Part shown: piece by piece, positions 30,314-43,092 of the stretch
Layout of the letters: each line of letters starts with the position of its first letter
Position numbering within the stretch: position 1 is the first letter of the stretch
Virus record (IMG/VR): IMGVR_UViG_3300028591_000124
Location: 32,001 to 96,000 of that record
Strand: one strand, 5' to 3'
DNA: 64,000 nt
Source: a virus
Lineage: Duplodnaviria > Caudoviricetes
The notes under the pieces: generated by a model
The model's database searches: none
What the model was told of the DNA's origin: nothing
The model's input: only the letters and a program-made list of their open reading frames with translations
Translations under genes and position numbers: made by a program

Positions 30314-30672
30314 TTCTTATTATCCCAATGAATTACCTTGATGTCTTTGATTTTTTCATCCATGATACGGATAAACGACTCGGCTTTCATTAGTTCCATA
30401 TTACGCTTGCCAGATGCCGTCTTACGGTTAATGAACCATGTGATAGCAACCATCGAATCAGAAAAAATAACCTTTGGTGTATATCCTGTTTCATAGATAT
30501 GCTTCACACCTTCCACGATAGCAAGAAACTCACCGATGTTTACGGTCTGGTTGCCAAGTTTCTCATGGAAGATAACCTTGCCGGTCTTCAGGTCAACACC
30601 ACGATATTCAGTCATTCTATTCTTGGTCGAATGAGCTGCATCAACGGCTATGCCTTGTGTTCTGTCAATCAT
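30277..30672 (-). CDS. rnhA: ribonuclease HI
   Basis: IAVDAA, EYRGVD, NIGEFLAIV, FSDS, WGEIAADFGRK motifs. Confidence 0.9.
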   Translation of the reverse strand: MIDRTQGIAVDAAHSTKNRMTEYRGVDLKTGKVIFHEKLGNQTVNIGEFLAIVEGVKHIYETGYTPKVIFSDSMVAITWFINRKTASGKRNMELMKAESFIRIMDEKIKDIKVIHWDNKNWGEIAADFGRK

Positions 30673-33600
30673 AACTGGTGTTTTCTATAATCCTTATATA
30701 TAGCACACACCATATTTGCAGAGCGCAGAAAAGCATCGATGACCTGTTCTTTGTCACGGATGTCGTTACGCTCATTCAAAGCCTTCAGTGCGCCTTCTAC
30801 AGTCTTTCTGGAATCATCCAGACCATATTGGGGATCATATATTATAGATTTGTTTCCAAATTTGACGGTAACCTTGAAACGATTGCTGGTTACAACTGTG
30901 TCAACAACAGCTGGAAACAAACACAGATCAACTTCAACAGCAATAAACCCATTACCGTTTTTCATAGGTTTGAGGCCACAGTCATAAAGTGCATTTTCCA
31001 CAATACTATTGGCCAAAACCGAATCTGGGATTACAACTTTTTTCTTTACGGGAGCGTCTTCACGGCATCCCATATAGACTCCTTTTTCATTCTTTGTTAC
31101 GTAGCCCACCAGGGTTACATTGTCTTTTGCGGACCGTTTGAATTTAATCTTGGTCCGAATCAATTCTGTCTGACTCATCTCCTATCAATTAAAATAATAC
31201 AACTAAAATTCTGGATGCCAGCATAAAACAACTGACATCCAGAAATAGCTGACCTGGAAAAAACCAGGTTTTTAGTTTAACTCCTATTAATTGGTTTTAA
31301 CTTCGATTAGTAGTCTGCCATTTCGTACTCTTCAAGTTCACTGAGATCTGGGAGTTCGTATTCGCCATCGACATTGATATGAAGAACCAATCTGACCGAC
31401 TTACCTTGCTCATGCATATTTTGAACGAGTTCTTCCATCCTCCTTTCACCAATGAGAATCGGTTCACAATTTTCGGCAAGGTTCTTGGAGCCAATCACAA
31501 GCTTGTCTCCACATCGGAATATCACATAATCATAATACCCCTGCCCATAGTATTTGAACAGGTGGTAGAAATCGTCATTACTACACATAAGCCTTAAAAT
31601 TGAGGTAAGGATTCAGCATTACACCGTGTACACACCCCACCAGTACGTTTTGCCATAGAGACGGATATTCGTACACCGCACATCTTACAGAAACACATCT
31701 TGCCTTTGTAGTTTTTGTACGCCATATTACGGACATCACGAAGGGAAAGATTGTACTCTTTTGACAGGGCCACCAGAATTTCGCTCTCACCGAATTTTCC
31801 CTTGCTTTTGGCGATATGCCTTTTGTAATTAAGAAAATCCTGTCTTATTACCATTCCCTTGATCCTGGGAACATTCAGTAGCCCCTGTTCATTCATCCTC
31901 CTAAGCAAATCAATAGGGATCTCATAAATAGCACTTGCCTTAAGAAGATCCTTTTCTCTTAGAATTTCCTTTATTTCCGCTTCCATACACTTTGAATTTT
32001 ACTTCGATTGTGACATTTGTAGCAACACGAATATCGTTCCAGGCATTGAAAAGCATATCCAATACGATAGTGTCTGTTTGCTGCGGAGTTATGGTGCTAA
32101 GGTTATACTTATCCATTTTGAGAATCTGAACCATATCATCATAGAATTCATTTTCCGGTGTTATATCCGTAAGCTCAAACGGTTTTCCAGTATCACTCAG
32201 AAACGTTTTGCACATTCTGAGAAACCTCATATAGCTATCATACGCTTTCTCTGTCTCCTTTAGGTGCCCCATATATTGAATCGTAAAGTTTTACACCACA
32301 CCTGGTAGAGAATATCACATCCCAGGCTATACACAAAAATAAAAAAGAAAGCCGGAGTATTAACGGCCCAAATAAAATAGCTGTCAATACTCCGGTCAAG
32401 ATGATTAACCTATTCATTTCTTATTCCTTAAATCCAAGATTTCTTAGAATTTCGTTCAACAATCCCAACAATATTCCACCAAGTTTGCCAAATGCGACAA
32501 CCAAGAACAGAATAACAAGCATCCATGTCAACACCCAGTCCACCATATTACTTATTGATTATGTCCATATTTGGCATCCAGTTCACGGGCAAACCGCTCA
32601 GGATTTTCTTCATACCTTCCAGTCTCAGAATTGTAATACAAACCAGCAGCATTCATTGATTTTTCCCTTTCTGTATCAGAACGTCCAGATTTTTCATGAA
32701 ACCACTCGCCTGCATCATGGAACCCATCATTCAACTGTTCGGTTCCAGATTTGTCAGTGGGGACCATCAAAGCACCCCACTCAAATATTCCTCCACCAAT
32801 AATAATGAATAATCTGATGGCCACATAAACACTTACAATTATGATTGCTGTTTTTATTATGCGATTCATTTTTGATTATCAATTACCGTTATTTCAAATT
32901 CCAACCTTGCCATGAGAAGACAGAATCGCTTAATGCCTATCGAAACAGACTTGTCCTTGACTGTGTGATAGTCTATGCCCTCATTAATCAAATCGCCATC
33001 AGACAATTTGAAAAAATCCATACCTCTTTGAATGGCATAATGGACTTTTTCTGGGCCGTCCAGCACAACTCTTTCACCGAACACATTATTGGTGACAACA
33101 AGCAGCATCTTCCGCTCATGCAAATAATCAATGAGTGTACCAGTCCTGTAATTGCCGCCACTCTTTTTAGGGTGCTCAATGGTGGAAACAATGTGCTCCG
33201 ATAGTTTTTTGGGAACCAACTTATAACCCTTGCGGGTTTCAAGTATCCCCATGATCATTTTGCTGATTCCGAACCTGTCCGTCATAATGCAATTGCCTCT
33301 TGAACTTCGTCAATGGCGGTCTCCAAGTCTGATACGGCATCACGAATCTTATCCGCAATTTCCTCAAACTGGTCATGTTTTTCAGACATCTGCATGTTTT
33401 CAGGCATGTTATCTGCCTTTTCCTGCTCTTCGTCTGCTAACTGTTCCAGTGTATCCTTGTGTGCCTGGAGTTCATCAACGATTTCTTCTAACTGTTTTCT
33501 TGTTTTCTTATTCATTTGCAAAAGTAATTAAAATATATGAAACTTGTCTATTCTATTAAGAAAAATTAAGCCAGCCATCTTCACAGACAGCTGGCCTCAC

Positions 33601-36072
33601 GATGAAACAAACCACTTTGTGTAAAATGATTAGCTTATAGTTCTTCAATCGCCGCTTTTATCTGAGTAATACGAGTTGCAACCAGCTCTTCAAAAAGGGC
33701 AATTCCTTCAGGGTCATCCGTTCCAATATATGACATACCAGGAATCAATTGGTCAAGTCTGATCTTCACGGGGTAGTTCTGTTTACTCTGCAACATAAGC
33801 TGCATTCTCTCATAGGTACTAAGCAACTGAAAAAGTCGCTCTGCACTGGGAATTTTGTTTGTATCCATATTTCTTATATTTTAAAATGGTTTCTATAAAG
33901 AAATAGCTGGAAATACCACAGCTATAATATTCTGCACCAATATTTCTCAATTTCCATTGTCAGGCCACCGTTCCGCTTATTATTCCAGTGGGATTCAAGT
34001 TCTTTCAGTGACATGGTGCCTGTACAATAGTCTGGGAAGTCACTTGGACGCATCAGTTCAACCTCCATTCTCGAATATCGGTTGACAGAAAAAAGATATA
34101 CTATTTTTTCATCCATACTCTTTATTATGAGAATTCTTTGATAATTCGTTTGCAAAATTCGCTTTCTGTCAATTCAAAATACTCAGTCGGGCAATATGCA
34201 TAGATAAGAGAGTCCTCTATTTCAGCAGAGCGATCAACCGGGTCACCATCATCACCTATAAGGATCTTTGACAATGAATTTTCAACGATAAGCCAATCAC
34301 AGCCTTTATCCATTTCATCGGGACTTACAACGAGTGCGGATTTGTAGGCTTTGTTATCATAATAAGTGAGCTCGCAAGGCACAATCGGGTCCTCAGCATA
34401 GAAGTCCACGTATATGCGTTCAAATCCAGCTTGTAACCTTGCGTTTGCGCTCACATAAGGTCTTGTATTAGTTGCACAGTAGATGTCGTAAGGCTCACCC
34501 AGTATATTGCCGCTACCATCCATATATTCACCTTGATAAACCACCGCCTCTACAACTCTCTCGTCACCCATGAATTCCTTTACAATGTCCTGGGCAGCTT
34601 GAATTGCAGCATCCATACTGTCATAAGGATTGGCGCACATCTTATGATTGATGCCTTCCTCATTGAGAATGTCGCTGAGGTCAATGGTCCATATTTCTTT
34701 TCGTTCTTTCATAATCGTGTCGTTTTTGTTGTTTTAGAATAGTTGTCCTATAATTCCTGGAAGCAGCTCTTTCAATCTCAGCACAGCTTCCTTGAACGTA
34801 TCGAAACTCTCGCTGTCATCATTAATCTCCAGAAAATATTTTTCCAATTGTGGATTGTGATGAATCTCGATGATCGGACATGCCCAGTCATCGTTTGAAA
34901 AATGTGGTTTAATCATCGTTTTTAAAATAGAATTCTTGAACTAAACAGCCGTCATGTTTCAGACGGTCCCAATACTCACAATATATACTTGTGCTGTCAT
35001 CAGTAGAATCATACTCCTTTAACCTTTCCAGAAGTATGTTATATGTTTCCTGAACATCGCTCTCAGTGTATTGCTCAGGCATAATATTCCACCACAACGC
35101 ATTATTTTGAATACGTGCCAGAACAACACACTTATTAACAAAGCCGACATAGGATTTATCTTTGTGGCCTCCACAAATACAATTGTGGTCATCAAAGATC
35201 ATTTCTATCCAGTCGCTTGTCACGTTCTTTTCATCAATTGGTGCCGGAATCTTTTTCATGTGTATCTTGTATTTACAGTTACAGACTGAATATCAGAAAT
35301 AACATCGTCTTCCCAAGTGATAGCTTTGATAGGTTCGAGTGTTTTCTGTCTGTTCTCAATATCGAATTTCAGTTCAACTTCATAAATGACACCTGGATGA
35401 TCAGGATGGCCTTCGAAGAACAGAGACCAATAACCGTCCTCATAGCACTCCATTGAAGTGTCGAATGCATCATTTTTCTTACTGTTACTCAGCTCATTCA
35501 GAGTCTCTTTAAGAATCGCCGTCTTCTTGATTGTCTGACCATTACTGAGAAACTGACACTTAATTTGAATCATAGTGATGTTCTGTTTCAACGCCCTCTT
35601 CAAATACACACTTCAAGCCACGTTTCGCTGTATCACGAATCAAGCAGCCACTTCTATCAGTAATGTAGTTAGGCTCTCCAGTATCTTTATCCCAACAAGA
35701 AGGAACACCGATTTTATCTGGAATCAAAGCGCATAAAACACCATCGTCTTCAGAACTTTCATATCCATTATAACCATTGATGTAAGCACCTCTTCCAGAA
35801 TATAACTGGCCATTGAAATAATAAGAGCCAAGCACACCACCTCTTGCAACAAAGAGTTTCTTGAAGTCTGTTTCAACCTCAATTCCTTCCTCCACACAAT
35901 CTTTGAGAAATTCTTCAACTTCCTCTCTGGTCATGTGAATCCATTCCTGATTCTTGCCCTCTATGCCGACAAATCCTTCCATGTGATAGTCGGTAGGGTC
36001 AAGTCTGTAATCGGATGCCTGGAGGCTCTTATAGAACTCCTCCAGGATCCATTTTGAAGTGTAACTAAGCAT
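30669..36072 (-). other. block of hypothetical CDS (30669-31178, 31307-31588, 31594-31986 with C-terminal zinc finger, 31940-32272, 32552-32869, 32866-33285, 33282-33515, 33635-33868, 34125-34712, 34909-35259, 35256-35609, 35560-36072 and smaller)
   Basis: Co-oriented dense ORFs. Confidence 0.7.
33519..33526 (-). promoter_or_regulatory. Bacteroidota -7 element (TACTTTTG), probably giving a leaderless mRNA
   Basis: ATG at 33515 starts 3 nt after the element; a terminator lies upstream at 33560-33594. Confidence 0.6.
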
Positions 36073-36073
36073 C

Positions 36074-36973
36074 TTATTCAGGTTTTGTTATGTAACCACG
36101 CTCAATGAACATCTGTTCGAGTTGGACTGCCAGGAACTGAGCGTCTGGGTGTGGTTTACCGGTAGTTCCTCGGCTACGCAAATCGAAGAAATGATCCCAA
36201 TCAGAAACAAATGCTGTGTGTACAAGAGTTGTGTTGGTATCCAGAGGGAGAATTGTTCGCGCTTGCTGTGCTGGCCATCCAAGCTTTGTCAATTCCAGAT
36301 ACGCTTTCTCACAGAATACATTGGCCATAAGCCACCAATCAAGAGCACCCCATTCTTTGTGATGATCACCAAATTCAATCCCTCTCACAAGATCCTCAAA
36401 TGTTGGCAATTCATTTGGGGTGTCAATCCATGTCGGAACATTGATGGCAATCTCGTTACCATACTTTTCCTTAGAGTAGTTACAGTAGCGAGTTGATTCT
36501 TCAGCAATTGAGTTGACACGATGGCGATTGAACTCACGGGTGATGGCAATCTGGGTGGTGAATCTTGCCGTAACACGTTTCTCGTGGTCCTCCGTCGGTT
36601 CACACAGATATTTCAGGTCATCCAACCATCCATGCTCAATCAGCACCCTGTAATTGGTGGTGATGCAATAGTCGTTGTTCTTGTTGAGCCGAAGTATGCT
36701 ATACGGATTCTCACCATAGTTGCTGATGACCCAATTCCCCATGATCAGATTCTCAGAATCCAGCCTGGGAATGAGCAAATAAACGGTGCCATGTTCCAGC
36801 ATCGCATAATGTTTTGATTCAATCATGCGGTCCACAAATGGCTTTGCAGTACCCTCACCAATGAGGTGTGAACTCTGGTAGCAGTTACGGCCTGCTGCCT
36901 CAATAGCCTTGTACATTCCTTCGAGACCTGGGCCTTGCTCCAGAATCTCAACTTTTGGTTCGATAAATTTCAT
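36074..36973 (-). CDS. thyX: flavin-dependent thymidylate synthase
   Basis: HYAMLEH, REFNRHRVNSIAEESTRY ThyX motif, ARTILP, FFDLR, HPD. Confidence 0.95.
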   Translation of the reverse strand: MKFIEPKVEILEQGPGLEGMYKAIEAAGRNCYQSSHLIGEGTAKPFVDRMIESKHYAMLEHGTVYLLIPRLDSENLIMGNWVISNYGENPYSILRLNKNNDYCITTNYRVLIEHGWLDDLKYLCEPTEDHEKRVTARFTTQIAITREFNRHRVNSIAEESTRYCNYSKEKYGNEIAINVPTWIDTPNELPTFEDLVRGIEFGDHHKEWGALDWWLMANVFCEKAYLELTKLGWPAQQARTILPLDTNTTLVHTAFVSDWDHFFDLRSRGTTGKPHPDAQFLAVQLEQMFIERGYITKPE

Positions 36974-36992
36974 GTTTTAATTCTTTAATAGT

Positions 36993-39964
36993 TTAAAATA
37001 TATCTACTGATACACAATTCATAGTTACACGCAGTTCGATGGGTCTGTTCTCAGAATACACATGGTATTCAGTCTGCTCATAATCATACGTCGGCGCATT
37101 GAAATTACGTTCTTCTGCTTCAGAACGAATCTGCATCACTATGTCATTAAAACGCTTGCGGGCACCATCTTCTGTTGTGAAAAGATCAGCGTCCGAATAT
37201 AACTCATCTTCATAAGAAGAATAATTCACAACCCAGATATTCATTTTTTCTCCCTTTCTGTTAAATAATCGAATGTTTCCATACACTCATGGATTATCCC
37301 CAACTGAAGTCTGGCACGTTCCTCATATAATTCACACAGAGTCCAGTTTCCATTACCATATTCTTCAGCCGCGCAACTGTCTTCATCAGCTTCTCCGTCA
37401 AGAATTTTGTCGATGTCATCAACATACGATAACTCATCACTGGGAAGAGACACAAGCTGATGCTCTTCCATGAATATCGGATATAGAGTATCAAACACCT
37501 TGGCAATAAGGCTTTGTCGCTCATTCATCTTGATTCCAAGATGTTCTTTCAATATACTGGCCACATTGACCAGCCATTCATCAGGAAGCGATGCAACGCG
37601 AATATCACCTTCCATATTTCCATCGGCACCATGAAATAACCACTCCTTGCAATCCTGAGAATTGTTTCCAAGAAATGCCGACTCAACCTCAAATCCATTT
37701 GGCAATGTTAATTTAATGTCGGCTGCAAAGAAATTGCGCTCTTCCAGTAATTCAAGAAGTGCAACCACGATGTCTTCAGAGCTGTCATTCCAATGAACTT
37801 TTATATCTTTTCTTTCCATAATTGTGTGATTTTTGATTGTTATAGAGATTTAAAATCCAACCGATAATCGTTACAAAACCGCTTCCATGAACGAATGCTC
37901 ATTTCATAAGAATCATACTCTTCGTCAAAGATAGCCTTGATTCTGGGATGGTCCTCCAGAAAGCACTTCAAGAACTGCCTGAAGAGACCACCATGAAATT
38001 CCATATATACAACTTTACTCTTCATCTTCCGAATCCTCTTCTTCGTCTTCATTGATGTAATGCTTCCAGATTTCTGGATACTCATAGATATAAGATGCAG
38101 CATCGTCGATTTCTTCAAGTGCTTCGCGCTCAGAAAGAGATTTGAGATTGCCATATCCATTATAGCGGATATATCCATCTTCCCAATCAACGTCGCCAAA
38201 ACAAATATGGCGAACAAGAGTCATTTTGTCTGAACCTGAGTAATTGTCCTCAAAGAACTGTTCGTCGAATGTTGAAATCATTTCATCAGGATTGTGCTCT
38301 ATGCAATACTCCTGATGACACTGAAGTTTCTGCTGGAACGTCAATTCGTCCCACAACTCCATAAATCTTTCTTCTGTCATGATGCTTTCTTTTTAGGTTT
38401 GAACTCAACCTCATACTGGTCAAATGCATCGTCCCAGGCAACTTTCTTCATGGTGCCACCAAAGAACTCAGCAATACGATAGTAGCAATTCTCTCCGACA
38501 CCATAATCAAAGTGTGGGAACCAGCCGTTTAGAGTCATTCCATAAGGAACTTGTTTCTTGGTACGACGCATTCTCCAAGCCATTCCAGACATAAAATCAT
38601 TGAAAATCTGGGAAAGCACAGTAGAAGCCTTGTCATAGCCACAACCGCTGCAAGTATAACCATCACGATACTCGCCAGTTCCGTCTTGATATGTGACCCA
38701 AACGCGCCCATGAGGATTATAACCCCACACAGAAGAACGCTTCCAGCTCAACTTAATAGTCATAGACCGAATATCCTTACGATTGGCTTTCTGCTCATAC
38801 TGGGCATTCAGTTTCTTAAGATGGTTCATGAAACCGCGCTCTGTCTTGTATTCACTCTGTTTCTTTTCAAAAGCAATTTTCTCTTTATGGAGATACGGAA
38901 ATTGCTTACACATTTCTCTTATAGTCATAGCTTTATTATTAACAGTTATTCCCATTCAGTCCAATAAAAATCAGTTCTGTTCATAGCAGTATCCAAATAC
39001 TCGCTACGTTCATCATCAGTCAGTTCTTCATACTTTTTCTGGCAGTTATCCCATTCCATAGCCTGCTTGATAAAATTCTCATCACTCATTCTGTAACGAA
39101 AATCTTCAATAGACTCGTTGAAGAACTTGGCAGCGCATTCATCAGAGCAAACAACAGTGGCATCCAACACCCAACCCTCAACCATGAGCTCACCGCAAAT
39201 CTCACAGACGCGGCAGCACTCCAAGTCGTATTCGTCAATTACCTCTTGCTTTTCATCTGCATTACCTGTTAAAAGTTTTACGAATTCTTTATTGGCTTTC
39301 GCTTTGCTGCCAACTGCTTCAAGAATGCACTCATAGATATGATTATAATTCTTAGTCTTCATAATCCGCCATTATATACTGGAACATCGATTTCCTCCAA
39401 ATCAAATGCATCCACACTACCAAGATATGTGTAGAGCTCATCAGAACAACTGTTCTCAGAAGATGCGATACGGCCAACCAGTTTCACATTGCCGTTATCG
39501 TCCATACTGATTCTGTGAACATAGAAATAATGCACGTCGGTATCGGTGATATGAACTTCATCAACCTTACACTTAATGCATGGGCAGTTCTGGAATTCAT
39601 CTTCGTCATTCTCGTCATTTACCATATCAGATGGCAAGAACTCCCAAGTCTTATCTTCCCAAGTGGCCAGACAATCCGAAATACGTCTTGTCTCTCGGTC
39701 ACGAATGATCCTCTCCAGATTGCGGGCTGGGAGCTTCTTGAATATCTCAAATGTAGCTGCCAACCCCTCAATATCCATCTGAGCCTCTTCCTCGGTCAAG
39801 TCATTGGAAAACAACTCATCATTTACCAATGTCCGATAACGCTCATTCGGCCATTCAAAATCAGGATCAACCTCTATCCGAAGTCTTATGCCGTAGATAC
39901 CAAGTTTTTCCTTGTATGGCTTGGCGAACTGCTCCAGACTCTTTAATATTTCACTTTTATCCAT
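36993..39964 (-). other. block of acidic hypothetical CDS (36993-37286, 37241-37819, 38015-38380, 38377-38955, 38946-39362, 39359-39964)
   Basis: Co-oriented abutting ORFs typical of phage early genes. Confidence 0.7.
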
Positions 39965-40144
39965 TTTACTTTGAAAAATAATGCTTACACTTTTCTTTAC
40001 CGAAATATATTTTCTCAGGAATAACCGGATAACACTCTGGGCACCCAGTCAAAATACACTCGTCACGGGTAGGAGCGTAACAAATACATGTGGGACACTG
40101 ATACGCAATATTAATCTGAATTAAGTTCCATTATAGTCTCGTCA

Positions 40145-40262
40145 CGTTACTTTATTTGTTAGATTCAATCCTGATTATGAAGGATGCTGACCGGCGTTTA
40201 CAGCCTACGTTGGAGGGTTTCAACGCCGGTCAGCATCGTATTAAGAATCAGGATGCATGAAC
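40145..40262 (-). ncRNA. detached eighth unit of the RT-associated hairpin array
   Basis: Plus-strand CTTTATTTGTTAGAT flank, long stem ATCCTGATT/AATCAGGAT and GATGCTGACCGGCGTT/AACGCCGGTCAGCATC, closed by TGAAC. Confidence 0.7.
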
Positions 40263-40310
40263 CATGACTATCTCAAAGAACATTGGCCGTGATACCATTT
40301 CCGTCATGAT

Positions 40311-41390
40311 TTATGCAAGACCCATACGTTTCATACGTTTGGCCTCAGACCACTCGGCACGTTTCTTTTGGATGTTGATACCGTTGTCTGTGATAAGCTT
40401 CTTCATGAGTCCGAAGAGTCTCCAGCCCTCACCAGCATACTCTGTTGCCTTGGTCATGAGCAACTGGAGAGAAGCGTCCTTTGAGAGCATACGGCCACGC
40501 TTATCCCTCATGACGCAGCGATGGAACAAGATCATGTTCTTCATCGTATAGAACGCACCAGCACCCTTGTATGCGTCAATCCAGCGGGCACTGCAAGGAG
40601 TCTGCCAATCCAGTCCGATTCTCTTTGTGTTGAACAGACGGAAAGCATGATACAACTTATCAGGGTCATTGTGAATCATCGAAATCTTGCAGCGGACAGA
40701 CTTCAACGGATTGAGAACCTTGGCATCGATGTCAGATACGAAGACGTTCTTACCGCCAATGCAGATATACGGAACGCCCTTACACTTGTGGAGGTGTTTG
40801 CGCTGCTTCTCGTTGATGACTTTCTGGAGTTTCTTCAGATAATCATCGATCATGGCCAGCACAACCTCGCCATTAAACCAACGATTACGCTCACGGAAGT
40901 TCTCCATATCTTTCTTCCAGAGCTTAGCCTGAACACGCAACTCTTCTTCAGTCATCTGCCATGTGTACTTGAATCCCTTGGAGTGAACCCACGCAACGAA
41001 TCCCTTACCATAGTATCCGTCATAAACGATTCCCTGGAATACCTGAGCCATCACCCAGCGACGAAAAAGGTCTCTGTTTGGAACTGTACCGGCATCGAAG
41101 ATAGCTCTCAGTACAGGGTCATCAGCAGTCACAGGAACTGGAGTATCGCCTTCCCACTTCATCATCTTCTCCTCACCACTTGGAGTCTTCATGGAGAAAT
41201 ACTTGGTGATGTCGATACCAGCGGTCTTCAGCTGTTCCTGACGATCCTTCAGTTTCATGTAGATGGTTCCAAGACCAGAGTCAGCACCAATTACCGTCGC
41301 ATTCTTTACCTGGCACTCATGCTCATTGATTTCGAACTCTGCACCGCAATTGGGGCATACCAACTTTGTTTCGTTTTTCTTTGTTCCCAT
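40311..41390 (-). CDS. hypothetical protein, candidate RT-system partner
   Basis: 359 aa, N-terminal CPNC zinc ribbon, basic; lies between the array and the detached unit. Confidence 0.8.
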   Translation of the reverse strand: MGTKKNETKLVCPNCGAEFEINEHECQVKNATVIGADSGLGTIYMKLKDRQEQLKTAGIDITKYFSMKTPSGEEKMMKWEGDTPVPVTADDPVLRAIFDAGTVPNRDLFRRWVMAQVFQGIVYDGYYGKGFVAWVHSKGFKYTWQMTEEELRVQAKLWKKDMENFRERNRWFNGEVVLAMIDDYLKKLQKVINEKQRKHLHKCKGVPYICIGGKNVFVSDIDAKVLNPLKSVRCKISMIHNDPDKLYHAFRLFNTKRIGLDWQTPCSARWIDAYKGAGAFYTMKNMILFHRCVMRDKRGRMLSKDASLQLLMTKATEYAGEGWRLFGLMKKLITDNGINIQKKRAEWSEAKRMKRMGLA

Positions 41391-41425
41391 AATTGTAACT
41401 TTTTAAATGTTAATGATGTTAATTG

Positions 41426-41878
41426 TTATTTTTTACCGTCAATCCACTCTCGCAGAATAACTAAATCTTTGTCGTTTTGTGATTGCCAGAACCACTTTCC
41501 CATGTTGTCCTCGTCCCATACGAATAAACCAGACAGGACCCAACACAACAGATATGACTCCAGCCTAAATTGAGCAACTTCCCTGTCAATTCCGTACAAC
41601 ATATCGTCATCGCTCAATTCATTGATTTTGAGTGCTTTGAAATATCGCCTCTGTTTGTTGTCATTTCGTTCAGACGGTCTGGAATGTTTGTACTCTTGAT
41701 AGAGATCTTCCAGAACCGATATACTGAAGCAATTCGTATCAGTCAATTGGCCGTCATACTCGCCATTCTTGACCAGATACTTCTTATCAATGCTCAGGTT
41801 TCTCTCTGTGAGATTGACCTTGAACTTCGCACCAGCTTCTATAGCCTCCAGTGCTTGTTGGATAATTGTTTGTTTCAT
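41426..41878 (-). CDS. hypothetical protein, candidate RT-system partner
   Basis: 150 aa from ATG 41878, immediately after the array; WFWQS motif near C-terminus. Confidence 0.75.
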   Translation of the reverse strand: MKQTIIQQALEAIEAGAKFKVNLTERNLSIDKKYLVKNGEYDGQLTDTNCFSISVLEDLYQEYKHSRPSERNDNKQRRYFKALKINELSDDDMLYGIDREVAQFRLESYLLCWVLSGLFVWDEDNMGKWFWQSQNDKDLVILREWIDGKK

Positions 41879-41920
41879 CTTTGTCTTGTTTTTAAAAGAT
41901 ACATTCAAGTCCTTGGCGTG

Positions 41921-43092
41921 TTACTGTATTTTTCAGATTGATTCCGGTGGGTACATCCGAACGGACCATCTCGGATTCTGAGATCGGTCCTCGGATGTGT
42001 CTAAACCGGATGAATGAAACAGTCGGACTGCTCATGTATCTACGTTCACGCTCCGCATCTGGATTCCTGTGATATGGTACATTATCTGTAAATTTCAGAT
42101 CAGTACAGTTGTTAAGCTCATAAGATGACAGCCGGAGATCAAAGTGTTGATCGCCTGCTGTCATAAGATGAGCTATAGCAAACTGTAATATGAATTTGTC
42201 ACCCTTATCCAGATCCCATGTACTTGGTATGTTTTGCCAACAACCCAAATGGCTTGTCACATTTCTATATTCTTCAGATAACTCCAGCGTAAGAAGCACT
42301 TCTGAGGGTGACATAAGCTTTATGTAATGAAGCATGTCCTCCTCGTGAAGGGCTATTCTACGCTGGGATTTGAATTTGCCATCCCCTGTTGTAGGCTTCT
42401 GTGACAGATTATTTTTGCGATTCCTCAAATGCTCATGACACATTGCTGTATTTTTCAGATGTTGCGAGCCAGCGTCAACTGTCTTCTGGAAGCGGGTACG
42501 ACGGGATTGGTGTTTCCCGTCGCACCAGCTGTAAGAAGATGTGTAGACGCTGAACCTGAAAAAGAATCCTTGGAATCGCCCTCTGTGCTGAGAATATGTG
42601 GCATCATGCAGACCCGCATCTTTCTTTATGTTACAGATACTTAGATGGCAGAGCCATTTGGAAAGATCGCGGCGGCTGTTGGATATAACAGTGCCGCGAT
42701 CATTCCGATACATTTGCCATCTCAGTTGAATCATCGTCTGCCAAATACCACCGTAGTTTATGCTAACGACTGAGAAGGACATCATGCAGACTGCACTTTT
42801 CTTTAGTCTCCAGATATTTAACCAGGACGAACTGGGAGGAATCCTGGAGTCATGCGGGTCATAGACCGGCCAATGACCCTGGATACCTCCCAGTATCCAA
42901 TCCTGGTGCTTTGAATAAACTGCCATTTGTCCTATGCATTGTGCTATGCTGGAACACTCACCATCGTGGCGCATACCTTTACGATTCAGATTGAACTCTG
43001 TGGAACTGAAGGCTGAGATGCACGACTCACACACAGGATATTGTCCTGTCTGAGAGTCGAAATCTCGCCTTCTTGTCCCCAGAGGAATGAAT
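41921..43092 (-). ncRNA. RT-associated array of seven structured units (period 162-181 nt)
   Basis: Plus-strand CT(G/T/A)TA-N5-CAGAT with CAGAT at 41934, 42096, 42275, 42456, 42634, 42811, 42987. Each is followed by a distinct long imperfect hairpin ending in (T)GAAT. Confidence 0.85.

Noticed and set aside
40521-41573. 350 aa plus-strand ORF and similar long antisense ORFs (e.g. 2587-3225, 43827-44396, 44974-45492)
   Set aside because: They are shadows of real opposite-strand genes with biased codon usage and have no motifs.
41921-43092. CRISPR array
   Set aside because: Conserved parts are only 5-15 nt and degenerate, the period is about 178 nt, variable parts are long hairpins, and there are no cas genes in the window.
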